From NCBI GenBank assembly GCA_951406725.2, contig OX597821.1, positions 25,916,001 to 25,980,000 on the forward strand: a DNA stretch of 64,000 nt, in the 5' to 3' direction. The translations under genes were made by a program, and so were the position numbers. Shown here in pieces: positions 12,577 to 24,933 of this stretch (position 1 is its first letter; each line of letters starts with the position of its first letter). The notes beneath the pieces are model-generated. The model was not told the origin of the DNA. It was given only the letters and a program-made list of their open reading frames with translations, and did no database searches. This DNA is from Octopus vulgaris (Eukaryota).

Positions 12577-14361
12577 TTAATATTTACTTTTCCATACTTA
12601 CATGGATCAGATGAAATTTGTTGAGGTAGTTTTTCTACAGCCAGATACCCTTCCTGTTGTTATCATTCACTGGTTTCCAAGCAGACTAATACTTCTTCAC
12701 AGCCAGGCATGTTTTTTCCTGAAAGACTGGAAATACACAACCTTGCTTGTATGATGATGATGCCCGTTTACAACCATCACATGATGTTTGGAGAAGGGTA
12801 CACTCAAACACACATGCACCACACATGCACGCACACACACACACACACACACACATACACACACCTGTACATATAGGATGGGCTTCTTTCAGTTTTCATC
12901 CACCAAATTTACTCACAAAGCCGTGGTCAGCCCAGGGCTATAGTAGAAGACATTTGTCCAAAGTGCTGTGCAATGGAAGTGAACCTATAACACATGGTTG
13001 AGAAGTAAGCTTCTCAACCTCACACCTAAGCTTGCATCTGTACACACACGCATTCACACACACACACACATACACACACGCATATTTTTTCCTTGACTGA
13101 ATATATATTACTTATTGATGTGTTATTGGTGACTAATTGGCTAACCATTAAAAGGAATTGATGTGGAGAATATGAATTTAGGGTTAAGTTTATCAAAGCT
13201 GTTATATAGGAAATTACATTAACATATCACTTGATTGCTACAACACGCTACAATATTTCCTCTGACTAAGCAATGCTGCTTGCGTCTTGTGATTCTTTAA
13301 ATAGTACAAATATATATCTAAACTATTATATCATTCTCATAATTGTTTTACTACAAATTAACTGTGTTATTTATTGGCTTTTGTATAACCATCAATGTAA
13401 ACATAATATATTATTGTTTTGCCAGAAATAAGAAAACATCCATCAAATTGCCTTGTAATGTTTGGTTTTGTCCTTCTGTTTTCTAAGTTTAAGTCTTTTT
13501 CGGTGAGCGAAACTTTGCCTTTCATCTCTCTGAAGTGAATAAAATAATTATCATACATGTATAAGAGACTATACTCACCTATTACAAATTTACTACCTTA
13601 GGAAACTAAGCAGTCACTAGATAAGCTACTAATTAAGCAAACACATAAACCAGATAAATTTGATATACATCAGGAAGTGAGATAGACACCTGGTGAAGAA
13701 TATACCAACAGGAAGTGTGATAGACACCTGGTTATGAATACTAAGCCCTTCCTCAGCAAAGAATGCACCACCCGGTATAGACTAGTCAGTACCAATCTCA
13801 GGATAAGAGTTCAACACTCAAAAACACAGAGCAAACCAAAAAAGGAAGGCATGGAAGCTGAAAGATGTAAATTCAAGCAAGTACTGAACAATGTGTAGGA
13901 TGAGAAGATAGAGACTTAAAGCATAAAAGGACACCTGAGAGTTCCTATGAGATAACCTTCTACTAACTGCAGACCAGACTCCAGCCTGATGAAAGGTGGT
14001 ATGATGGTGGATTTGGACAATATACAGAACCATAAAACCTAAGTGACATGTTTGGAAAAATTATAAAAAAAGGGATGGGAAGTAAGAAAGAATAGCATGT
14101 AGCTAGAAGGAATATAAGAGCAAGTGTTTTGCCACTGATCTGTGATGAGATGGCCGAAGATGTGAGACTTTGTTGCTTATGAATCAGTGTGAATCAAGGA
14201 AGGATATCAATGCACTTCACTGACACACACACACGCATACAAAAAATAAAAGTTATGGAAATATCAATGCAGAAGGTTAGAGCATAAGGAAGACACTTGG
14301 GAGAGAGTGACTACTTCAAATAGAGGAATGAGTTACTGATATTGGCAGCTATGCGACTCAA

Positions 14362-14560
14362 AGACTTGACTTGACTTGACAGCATTCACCCGGGGTGGGT
14401 TGAGCTGGCTTCATTCATCCTCAATGCTGCATCTCTCACAAACGCTAACCAGGCCTGGTGATTTGAGGCTAATGACTGCGTGATCTCCAACCACACTTTA
14501 TTCCAGCGGTGAACGCCATAGATATGGGGGCCTAGGTTGTATGTCGTCTCAAAGAGCAGT
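14362..14560 (-). mobile_element. RTE LINE 3' end with (CAAGT)n tail
   Basis: Minus strand reads IYGVHRWNKVWLEITQSLASNHQAWLAFVRDAALRMNEASSTHPG*, then gtcaagtcaagtcaagtc. Confidence 0.7.
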
Positions 14561-15424
14561 TAAGGATGTGTTGGCAAGAAAAGCAGTTAGACTCTCAAGA
14601 ATAGTGAGCATGTTGGGAAGTGGCCGTGCTCACCGCATAGAAAAGGAGTAAGCAGCAATTCGGCGTAAATTAAGGATGTACAAAAATTACAGTGGGATCA
14701 GAGGCACAGTGACAAAGCAAGACTATTGTATGTAGCAAAAAAATGGTAATGTATCTGTACACGTATCCCACCGCTGCCAACAAATTTTTAATGGCGGTGC
14801 CCCAGCATGGCCACAGCTCGTGAATTGAAACTAGATAAAATGAAAATGATAAAATGAAAATGTATTAGCAAGCATATGAAAAGATTTTTTTTTAGGAAGA
14901 CTAGCATTTGCCCATACATGCTAGTCTACTCTCTCCACACCATCAATGTTTATCCAAGAGAAAGGCTGCTGGCTAGGGCCATTACAGCCTGGCATCAGTG
15001 TCCCTGCCTGTACTGCTGTCAGAACTCAGAGCTAGAATAGATACTCCAAGACATCTTACCTGATCTTCTAGCAGTTCTACCAATCCATCACCCTATGATG
15101 ATGCTTTTTTATTGACCCCCAAAAGGAAGAAAGGCGAAGTTGACTTTGGCAGGATTTGAACTCAAGAGTGTTGGGAATTGAAATAAAAATCACGAGGCAT
15201 TCTATCCAACACCCTAACAACTGCCAGTTTGCTGCTTAAACCCTTTTGTTACCATATTTATATTAAAATATACTGTATTTGTTTCAGGATAAATGTTTCA
15301 GTTTAATTTTGGAAACTATAAAGAATTTACTAAAATAACTTTATCAATATGAAGCTGGTGTTTGGAATGTATATTGACATGAAATTTTGATAGAAGATTT
15401 TAAACCAATTGATCTCATTTTAAA

Positions 15425-16334
15425 TTATAACATTTAAATACAAAGAAACAGAAAAAAGTAAAGAAAAGAGGCAGAGTTAAGCAGAATATGGAGGAGGAAG
15501 GAGCAATGGGTGATCCACTCCAGAACAAATGGTATGCTCAACTGTGCCTTACAGTCATGACTGCTATGGTTTTTGCTGTGGAGAATATCCAGTGGCACTT
15601 GCTGCAGCAACCGCTCAACCTCAAAAGGCTCATTTCTCAATTGAGTGCTGTTATCCTGATTTCGTGGAAGAAGTTGGTAGTGTGGGGTCTAAGAACACCT
15701 GAGGTCTTGACAGAAACTGGCTCCTGTATTTCTTTATTTATTTTTCTCTCCTCTGCATTACAAATGATGATACCTGGGTTTGCAGCAAGGTTGGAACTGG
15801 AGATTGTGTCACTGCATGTCACATCCCAGATTAGGGATCTGCCTCCCTCAAATGGGAAGAGGGTTACTCTGCCAGGGCACTTACCATCTCTGTGACCAAG
15901 ACCTATTGGCACCAGTTGAGATGGGAAGCCAGCTGCACTGAGGTCTCTTCTAATTATGTCATTCAGACTGGTGTGTTGGGGGAATTGACCCATGCTAAGG
16001 CTGCAGGATAATGGATGCAGGCCAAATACATCAATTACTGCTCCATAACTGCATTTGTGTGGCTCACACATGTGTAAATTGAGGGCCACTTCAATATGAG
16101 TGCACTCATCATCTAGAAGAGTACCTGTAGATGAGGAGGGCACTGCTGTTTGGCTGCTGAGCAGAATGGAGGCAGGCAAGGCAGTGCTGGTCTAATGAAG
16201 TCTTAGTCTGCTCAGAGGTTGACTTACATCTGATGTCATCCCAGTTACATTGGACATCCACATTCTGTGGGACTACAAGGCCTTCAGCAATCCAATTAGC
16301 TTGAGCTGACTCCAGTTCCTGGACCACATCTGGA
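15425..16334 (-). mobile_element. Degenerate CRE-like non-LTR retrotransposon 3' fragment (zinc finger plus restriction-like endonuclease)
   Basis: ORF 15637-16179 contains CSYGAVIDVFGLHPLSC...H..LNDIIRR.L..AG.PS...GL...DGKCP..VTLFPF.GG.SLIWDVTCSDT, matching the CCHC + RH + RPD..D pattern in decayed form. It lies inside a piggyBac-like MITE (15241-16413). Confidence 0.75.
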
Positions 16335-16824
16335 TCATTTTAAAACAAGGAATTTTTTTTTATCATAGAATGGAAGGTGATTTTAAGCGAAATCAAATTG
16401 GTATCAAAAGGGTTAATGTTCTCACTAACTGCTATTGGTATATTCTAATGTTTCATTGATGACTGTGGGGTTAAATTGCCTGACTAATATTGCAAGACCT
16501 ATTTAAACAGTCGCTGAGCTCTATAACAACAATAATTTACCAATATCCAACATATTATCCTAATATCTGATATCATGTCTCCTGTAAAAATTCCAGCACT
16601 TTTAATGCTTTAACACTGAAATTGGCCACACTGTGCCCAAATATTCTACCTGTTTTATTTTCAACTTGGTCAGATCCAACCCCTCACACCTCTCTTACAA
16701 TGTCATTCTATAAACAAACAATACTGTGTTGAAATCTCAAACCTACAAGATAATGCAGGATTGATTCAAAACAATGTGAGTGAACATTACATTTGACAGA
16801 GTCAGCTGAATACTTAAGGGTTAA

Positions 16825-17188
16825 CTAGCACTATGACTCAGCAACGCCGGGTCATAGTGCTAGTGCATGCATATACAGCTGCGTGCATGTGTACATACAT
16901 GCGAGTACTGTCCAAATCTCCAACCAATCACATACAGCTAGCTGGCATTCAATTGGTGTATCAAATTTTGGGTGTTTTGATTGGGTTTTGGATAGAAAAT
17001 TCACAAAAAAGTCACTTCTATTGATTTTTAAATGGCTTTGCAGGGTGACTGGGGAAATGTAAAGATGTGCACGACCACCCTTGGATGGTTTTGAATGACC
17101 ATAGAAAGTGCGAGCCCTATAACTGTAAAATTGTGGATTTGTATAAAGGACACACCCACAGACATTTTGCCATTTATATATAGAGGGA
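16825..17188 (-). mobile_element. Non-autonomous Helitron-like element
   Basis: Minus strand begins TC..tctatatataaatgg and ends with the hairpin actagcactatgacccggcgttgctgagtcatagtgCTAG followed by T. No TIR or TSD. Confidence 0.65.
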
Positions 17189-17287
17189 TACATATCTCAA
17201 AGTTGTTGAAAACAGTTGTTCTTTCATGTTCCAGTCACTTCAAATAACTTTGTAACAATACTAAAATTTGATTTTTTTTGTTTACAG

Positions 17288-17414
17288 GATTTGGAAGATA
17301 GCAACAGTGTTACCTTAGCAACGACTGATGAAAATGATATTACATGTGACTACCACGTGGTATACAGTCAGAGTTATGCTGTCCCTGTATTGTACTTCAA
17401 TATGTATTGGAAAG
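17288..17414 (+). CDS. ATG10: Internal coding exon of the autophagy E2-like enzyme ATG10
   Basis: Acceptor atttttttgtttacag and donor AAG|gtacag. The 127 nt translate as DLEDSNSVTLATTDENDITCDYHVVYSQSYAVPVLYFNMYWK plus one base, containing the ATG10 YHVxYSxSYxVPVLYF motif. No other exon of the gene recognised in the window. Confidence 0.9.
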
Positions 17415-17589
17415 GTACAGTCTCATTAATTTATAACTATTTCAGTAACTTCCTGCTTCTTAACATTAACTTGTTTCTTGCATAGTGGATTGTTATTGTT
17501 CTTATTGATGTTGCCATGGCTGTTGTTGTTGTTGTTGATATTGGCTTCAAATTTTAACTCTAGGCCATCAATTTTAGAGGAAAGGTAAG

Positions 17590-18200
17590 TGAAATTCATC
17601 GACCCCACTGCTTAACTGGTACTTAATTTATCGACCCCGAAAGGATGAAAGGCAAAGTCGACCTCAGTGAAATTTGAACTCAGAATGTAAAGATGGGCAA
17701 AATACCGTAAAGCATTTTGATCAGTGTACTAACAATTCTGCCAGCTTATTTATTTCTTTATTGCCCACAAGGGGCTAAACACAGAGGGGACAAACAAGGA
17801 CAGACAAAGGAATTAAGTTGATTACATCGACCCCAGTGTGTAACTGGTACTTAATTTATTGACCCCGAAAGGATGAAAGGCAAAGTTGACCTCAGTGAAA
17901 TTTGAACTCAGAATGTAAAGATGGGCGAAATACCACTTAGCATTTTGATCAATGTACTAACAATTCTGCCAGCTTATCTATTTATTTATTGCCCACAAGG
18001 GGCTAAACATAGAGGGGACAAACAAGGACAGATAAAGGAAAATTAAGTTGATTACATTGACCCCAGTGCATAACTGGTACTTAATTTATCGACCCCGAAA
18101 GGATGAAAGGCAAAGTCGACCTCAGTGAAATTTGAACCCAGAACATAAAGGTGGGCAAAGCATTTTGATCCGTGTACTAACAATTCTGCCAGTTTGCCCC
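17590..18200 (-). mobile_element. Family-B SINE partial tandem trimer
   Basis: Three successive copies of aactggtacttaatttat.gaccccgaaaggatgaaaggcaaagt.gacctcagtgaaatttgaac, sharing private variants. Confidence 0.85.
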
Positions 18201-18585
18201 CTTATTGTTGCAGTTGATATCGCTGTTGTTATTGTTGTTGTAGTTGATATTTTCCCTTGTTCGTCATATTGAATTCTATGTTAAATGAGATTTCAAAATA
18301 TAATTACTGTAATCTTTATTGTTAACAGGGGTTCGGATGATTGGTGATATGGATCCATTGGTGGTTAAAATGGATCCCATTGATTTTCTTGGTTGTTAAG
18401 ATGACCAATAGACCATTTCAAGAAGATTATTAATATGGAGTTTAATATTTATCAAAATAGGATCTGGTAGTTGCTAAAATGGGTTTAGTGATTGTTATTA
18501 TGTGATTGCTACACTCATTAACATTGTGTGCCTTGTCATAATTCAATCATCATTAATATTGGCTCCACTGATTGTTAATATGGGT

Positions 18586-18616
<31 letters not shown>

Positions 18617-18775
18617 TACTATTTCTTCTTCTTATACTACTTCTTTTTCTTCTTTTTCTTCTTATACTATTTCTTCTTCTTCGTCTTCTTCTTCGTCTTC
18701 TTCTTTGCCTTCTTCTTCTTCATCACCATCACCACCACCACCACCACCACCACCACCACCATCATCATCATCATA
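18586..18775. repeat. (CTT)n followed by (CAC/CAT)n trinucleotide microsatellite
   Basis: Direct reading. Confidence 0.95.
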
Positions 18776-18998
18776 ACAATATTAATTTTCCATGCTTTCA
18801 TGGGTTCAACAGAATCTGTTGCAGTGGATTTTCTATGGCTGTTTGCCCTTCCTGTCACCATCTCTCACCTGTTTCCAAGTAAGATAATGTTTCTCCATGA
18901 CCAGACATGTTTTCTTGGAAGATTGTAAACAAAGGGCACCACTTGCATTATGGTAACACTAATTTGACAACTATCATGTGAAATCAAGGCAAGGAGAT

Positions 18999-19033
<35 letters not shown>

Positions 19034-19063
19034 TTGTATATATATATCATCATTGATGTTTAA

Positions 19064-19265
19064 CCCTTTCATTACCAGCCTGGCTGAGTACAAATGTCTT
19101 GTTTACATAAGTTTTTAATTAATATCTTTCACCAAAGCTTGGTCAAAATTTACGTTCCTAACACTAGCTGAATGATAACTAAGCTATTTTACTAAATTCT
19201 TTGTTATATTTAAAGTTATTGAAAGAAACACAGAGCACCTCAAAATAAATACAGTAATGAAAGGG
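19064..19265. mobile_element. piggyBac-like MITE, second family
   Basis: TTAA|ccctttcattac ... gtaatgaaaggg|TTAA. An opposite-orientation copy is at 61722-61941. Confidence 0.85.
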
Positions 19266-20201
19266 TTAACGTCCTCTCTCTATGGATTGGATGGTTTGAC
19301 TGAGGGCTGGCAAGGCAGAATGCTGCACCAGGCTCCAGTCTAATCTAGCAAAGTTTCTACAACTGGATGCCCTTCCTAACACCAACCACTTCGAGAGTGT
19401 AGTGGGTGCTTTTTATGTGCCACCTGCATGAGGGCCAGTCAGGTCGGTGAGCTGGCAGAAACGTTAGCACGCCGGGTGAAATGCTCTGCGGTATTTCGTC
19501 TGCGTTACGTTGTGAGTTCAATTTCCGCCGAGGTCGACTTTGCCTTTCATCCTTTCGGGGTCGATAAATTAAGTACCAGTTACGCACTGGGGTCGATGTT
19601 ATCGACTTAATACCTATGTCTGTCCTTGTTTGTCCCCTCTGTGTTTAGCCCCTTGTGGGTAGTAAAGAAATAGGTACTGACATCGACCATGGTTAAATGG
19701 TGCTTTTTACGTGCTACCGGCATGGGAACCAGTCAGGCAGCACAAAATTAAGAAAAGAAATTGGTGACAATTCACCCATCGCACCCTGTATACACACACA
19801 CACTGTGTCTCTCTCTCTCTCTCTCTCAGTTTCTGTCTACCAAAAACACTCAGAAAACTTTGGTGGGCCTGGGGCTGTAGCAGAAATCACTTACCTGAAG
19901 TGCCACACTGGACCTGAAACAAGCTTCTCATTACACAACCATGTCAGCACCTTTAGGTCTATTAATTGTTGATACTGGAACCAGTGATTTTAAATTAGAT
20001 GGTCTTTTAATTGTTATGGTCTAGCTATTGTTCATATGAGACCTATGGTCAGTAATATGAGGACCAGTGATTCTTTATATGGACTGTAATGATAATGTAA
20101 TAGTACACAATAATGAGAGATATTAATGATATACTGTAATGATTGATAGTAGTAATAGTACTATTAATGTTAGATGACAATAATATATAGTAATAATAGT
20201 G

Positions 20202-20975
20202 GATTAGGGATAAACAATAATGATTGATTGTAAGGATATTAGTAGTAAGGATTGATAGTAATGATAGTACTATAATGTTAGATGGCAATGATATACAGTA
20301 ATGGAACTAGATTAGGGATACACAGTAATGATTGATTGTAAGGATATTAGTAGTAAGGATTGATAGTAATGATAGTACTATAATGTTAGATGGCAATGAT
20401 ATACAGTAATGGAACTAGATTAGGGATACACAGTAATGATTGATTGTAAGGATATTAGTAGTAAGGATTGATGGTAATGATAGTACTATAATGTTAGATG
20501 GCAATGATATACAGAAATGGAACTAGATTAGGGATACACAGTAATGATTGATTGTAAGGATATTAGTAGTAAGGATTGATAGTAATGATAGTACTATAAT
20601 GTTAGATGGCAATGATATACAGTAATGGAACTAGATTAGGGATACACAGTAATGATTGATTGTAAGAATATTAGTAGTAAGGATTGATAGTAATGATAGT
20701 ACTATAATGTTAAATGGCAATGATATACAGTAATGGAACTAGATTAGGGATACACAGTAATGATTGATTGTAAGGATATTAGTAGTAAGGATTGATAGTA
20801 ATGATAGTACTATAATGTTAGATGGCAATGATATACAGAAATGGGACTAGATTAGGGATACACAGTAATGATTGATTGTAAGGATATTAATAGTAAGGAT
20901 TGATAGTAATGATAGTACTATAATGTTAGATGGCAATGATATACAGTAATGGGACTAGATTAGGGATAGAACGTA
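20202..20975. repeat. 108-bp minisatellite, about 7 near-identical copies
   Basis: gatggcaatg recurs at 20281, 20389, 20497 and onward with period 108. Units differ by only a few substitutions. Confidence 0.95.
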
Positions 20976-22086
20976 ATGACCAATAGTTTGGATAAACTCG
21001 AAAATTAGATTGTGATGAAAGACAGTAATGACACACTTTCGTAATTTCTAACATAAGTACTACTTGACTGATGCTTAATTTTGACCTATGAAAGGATGAA
21101 AGGCAAAGCCGATCTTGGTGGGTTTTGAACTCAAATTGTAAAGAGCAAGAATAAATACCACAAGGCATTTTCTTCAGTGCTTTAATAATTATCCCAGGCT
21201 ACTATTTTGATAATAGTCTGTAATGATATTCTTTAATAATATACAGTAATGATAGACTTTAAACATAAACAGTAATAATAGCCTGTAATGATAGGCAGTC
21301 ACAAAGCTAAAAGCAGAGAGTTATGACGATTCTAATAAATTTATCTTCTACAGACACAAAGCTAGTAATTTAAGAGGAAGGGGAAAATTGAGACCACTGA
21401 CCTCAGTACTTGACTGGAACTCTATTTTATTGACCCCCAAACAATGAAAGGTACAGTCAACCTCAGTGGAATTTGAACTCAGAATGTAAAGCTGTAAAAA
21501 ATGCATTTTTTCCAGCATGCTAACAATTCTTCTACTTTATGCTCACTACCTTATGATAACTGCAATAATAGAATGTAATGATAGGCAGTAATAATATTCC
21601 ATAATAATATACAGTAATGATAGACTTAAAAGATAGACTGTAGTAATAGCCTTGTAATAATAGATTGTAATGACAGACAGTCATGAAACTAGAAGCAGAG
21701 AGTTATGATGACTGTAATAATAGAAGGTAATGACAGACAGTAATGATAAGCTGTAACAGGAGACTGTAATAATAAGTGAAGGAAATAGAATATGCAAGGA
21801 ACTGATGACAAATATCAATTAAAAACTTAACAAAATATTTTGTCACAAAAGTTTATTTTTCTTTTGTCATTAATAGATTTTCACTGAGTGTAAAATCTAT
21901 TTAAATTAAGCTGTTTCTGCTGGTGAAATCTCTCAAATTTATGGTTTTGTTATTATCTTGAGTGTATTAATGAATATTAGTTTTTAGTATCCTTATTACA
22001 CTGTCTCTAATTGAATACTGTCAATTGCTTGTTAGTTAAACATATCAGTTCTTTAAACATTTCTGTTCTTTCAACTGAAGATGTTG

Positions 22087-22179
<93 letters not shown>

Positions 22180-22189
22180 GCTGCTGCTG

Positions 22190-22225
<36 letters not shown>

Positions 22226-22323
22226 TACTACTGCTGCTACTACTACTACTACTGCTGCTGCCACTACTACTACTCCTACTACTACTGCTGCTGCTACTAC
22301 TACTTCTGCTGCTGCTGCTGCTG

Positions 22324-22385
<62 letters not shown>

Positions 22386-22388
22386 ACC
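22087..22388. repeat. Interleaved (CTA)n/(CTG)n trinucleotide microsatellite
   Basis: Direct reading. Confidence 0.97.
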
Positions 22389-22845
22389 ACCAATACCCAA
22401 AATGTGTAGCTATTATAACTATTATTTTATATGGGGCAGTGGATTGGCAGAATTGGTAGAGCATTTGGTGATATCTATGTATTGTAATTTTCACTTTATG
22501 ATGCATGAACATTGTGAGTTCAAATCTCACTGGGTTCAGTTTAGCTTTACATCCTTTTGAGGTTTGATGAAATAAACACTAGTCAAGTACAGCAGTCTCC
22601 CTCTTAAGTATGCAACTTGAACCTAACTGCTTGTGCGTACTCAGCAGTCAACCACAGCAAGGCTCATGTATGCACATAGTTTCAGATCATATTTGTCACA
22701 ATGTGAAGCAAAGGAATGAGGAAGCATTTGAATGAATCCCAGAGATCGGATACTATTGCTAAGCTGGCCTCTGAAGAATTCTATCAACGCTCATCAATGT
22801 TGCTGTAGAATGAATCATTGGTATAAACTTGAACCTGGGATTCTC

Positions 22846-23273
22846 TCTTTTTCTCTTTACTATTTTACTGGTTTCAGTCATTTGACTGTGGCCATGCTAG
22901 AGCACCGCCTTTAGTCGAGCAAATCGCCCCCAGGACTTATTATTCTTTGGAAGCCTAGTACTTATTCTATCAGTCTCTTTTGCCGAACCGCTAAGTTATG
23001 GGGACGTAAACACACCACCATCGGTTGTCAAGCGGTGTTAGGGGGACAAACACAGACACAAACATATACACACACATACATATATATATAGACATATATA
23101 TACATATATACGACGGGCTTCTTTCATTTTCCGTCTACCAAATCCACTCATAAGGCTTTGGTTGGCCCAAGGCTATAGTAGACGACACTTGCCCAAGTTG
23201 CCTCGCATTGGGAATGAATCCGGAACCATGTGGTTGGTAAGCAAGCTACTTACCACACAGCCACTCCTGCGCC
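22846..23273 (-). mobile_element. Family-A SINE, full length
   Basis: Same structure as 8027-8474. Confidence 0.9.
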
Positions 23274-23599
23274 TATTCTTGAAGATTTTGTGTGAATTTA
23301 TCTGGGATTTGTACTTAAACGTGTGTGTACTTAACCGAGAGGTTACTGTACTGGGCTGATTTAATCACCTAACTTCAGCCCCTGAATTCCTTGTTGTGAG
23401 CTAATGTTAGAAACTCCTACTACTAATAAAGGTATGTAGACTAGTGGTTAGGATGTTGCACTCTTGATTACCAAATCATGGGTTCAATTCTTGGAATAGG
23501 TGGTGTGTTTGTTGTATTCTTGAACAAAACATTTCATTTCATGTTTCTCTAATATTGTGTGGATTAGCTTTGGGACTGAAAATAAGGCGATCTCTTTCA

Positions 23600-24040
23600 A
23601 TGTTTCAGGAGCCATGTCTGATAGTACCCTAGGTACAGTAGCCTCCGTAATCTGCTGTCACTTTTGTTACTTTTCTGTTTTGGCTTTTCCAGCCATTAAC
23701 TGACCTTTCTTGCCACATGTGTAGCAGCTGGTCTTTGCGTCCTGAAAGATTAGTCTTTCACTTGGCACCCACTACATAGCACAACTTAGAATCATTTTGT
23801 GGACTTGTGGTGTTATAATAATTTGTATGTCCATGTTGACCCCTATCCAATTATATATCACTCGAAATTATATCAGTTCTGCCCACTGTCAGAGGTCAGC
23901 TTAGCAATGGTATCTGATCTCTGGGATTCCTTCAAATGCTTCCTCATTCCTTTGCTTGACATCGTGACAAATATGATCTGAAACTATGTGCATACATGAG
24001 CCTTGCTGTGGTTGACTGCTAAGTACGCACAAGCAGTTAG
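23600..24040 (-). mobile_element. Probable LINE ORF1 (L1/Tx1-like) remnant with zinc knuckle
   Basis: Minus strand reads ...CYTCGKKGQ, a degenerate CX2CX4H knuckle. Its 5' 152 bp are duplicated in inverted orientation at 22623-22774. Confidence 0.45.
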
Positions 24041-24933
24041 AGAGAGAGAGAGAGGCAAAGAGAGAGAAGGAGAGAGAGAGAAAGAGAGAGAGAGAGAAGG
24101 AGAGAAAGAGAGAGAGAGAAGGAGAGAGAGAGAGAGAGAGTGAGGGAAATAGCCATGAATAATTACTATATAATCTCAAATACTAACTCTGAGAACCACA
24201 TGTTAACTGTTAAAAGCTGAAACACTAACTTTACTAACCATTAATACTGTTATAGCCACCAGTATCTATTATACTTACAAACACTATTATAGACATTAAT
24301 AATAACTGTTGTAGTCAGCAATAACTACTCTAACTACATACAATATTTTATGGCATACAAAGCCAATGTTGTATACAATGTAAACATTCAAACATCACTT
24401 CCCAAATCTTGCTGTATTTCACTTTGAGTTTTTGGTCCTTTAATGTTGTCCTAGTATATAAACCAACCTACTGCTTTTGGGGCCGTAAATTTTAGTTTGA
24501 AAAATTTGACTTGTATCATCATCATCATTAACATCATTACTTAACGTCTGTTTTCCATACTGGCATGGGTTGGATGGTTTGACAGGAGCTGGCAAGGCTG
24601 GGAGCTGTATCAGGCTCCATTACATGCCAGAAAATATGGTATACTATTATAACTACCAATAATTATTACAGGTATTATTAACTACTATACCCACTAATTA
24701 TAGTCCAGTTCAGATAAACCAGTACCCAAAATAAGCACATGTTTTGGGTACCAAGGGAAGTGGGTTACTACAAGACTTATTTTTTAAACAGTGTCAAATG
24801 TACTATGATGTAAATTATAACTTCTTTTTATTTCAAAATGATTAATTAAAAAAGATTGAAAATGTTCATTTTTTTTCTGTTACTCTAGTAATGAGAAAAT
24901 AATTTCTTAATATCATTTATTGCTATTTAGTGT

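Noticed and set aside
18502-18928. Leu-rich and poly-His ORF resembling a membrane protein
   Set aside because: It is entirely (CTT)n/(CAC)n microsatellite followed by repeat sequence.
20202-20975. Regular array resembling CRISPR
   Set aside because: Whole units are identical with no unique spacers, the context is eukaryotic and there are no cas genes.
22011-22560. Poly-Y/T/L/S ORFs
   Set aside because: Trinucleotide microsatellite that stays open in several frames.
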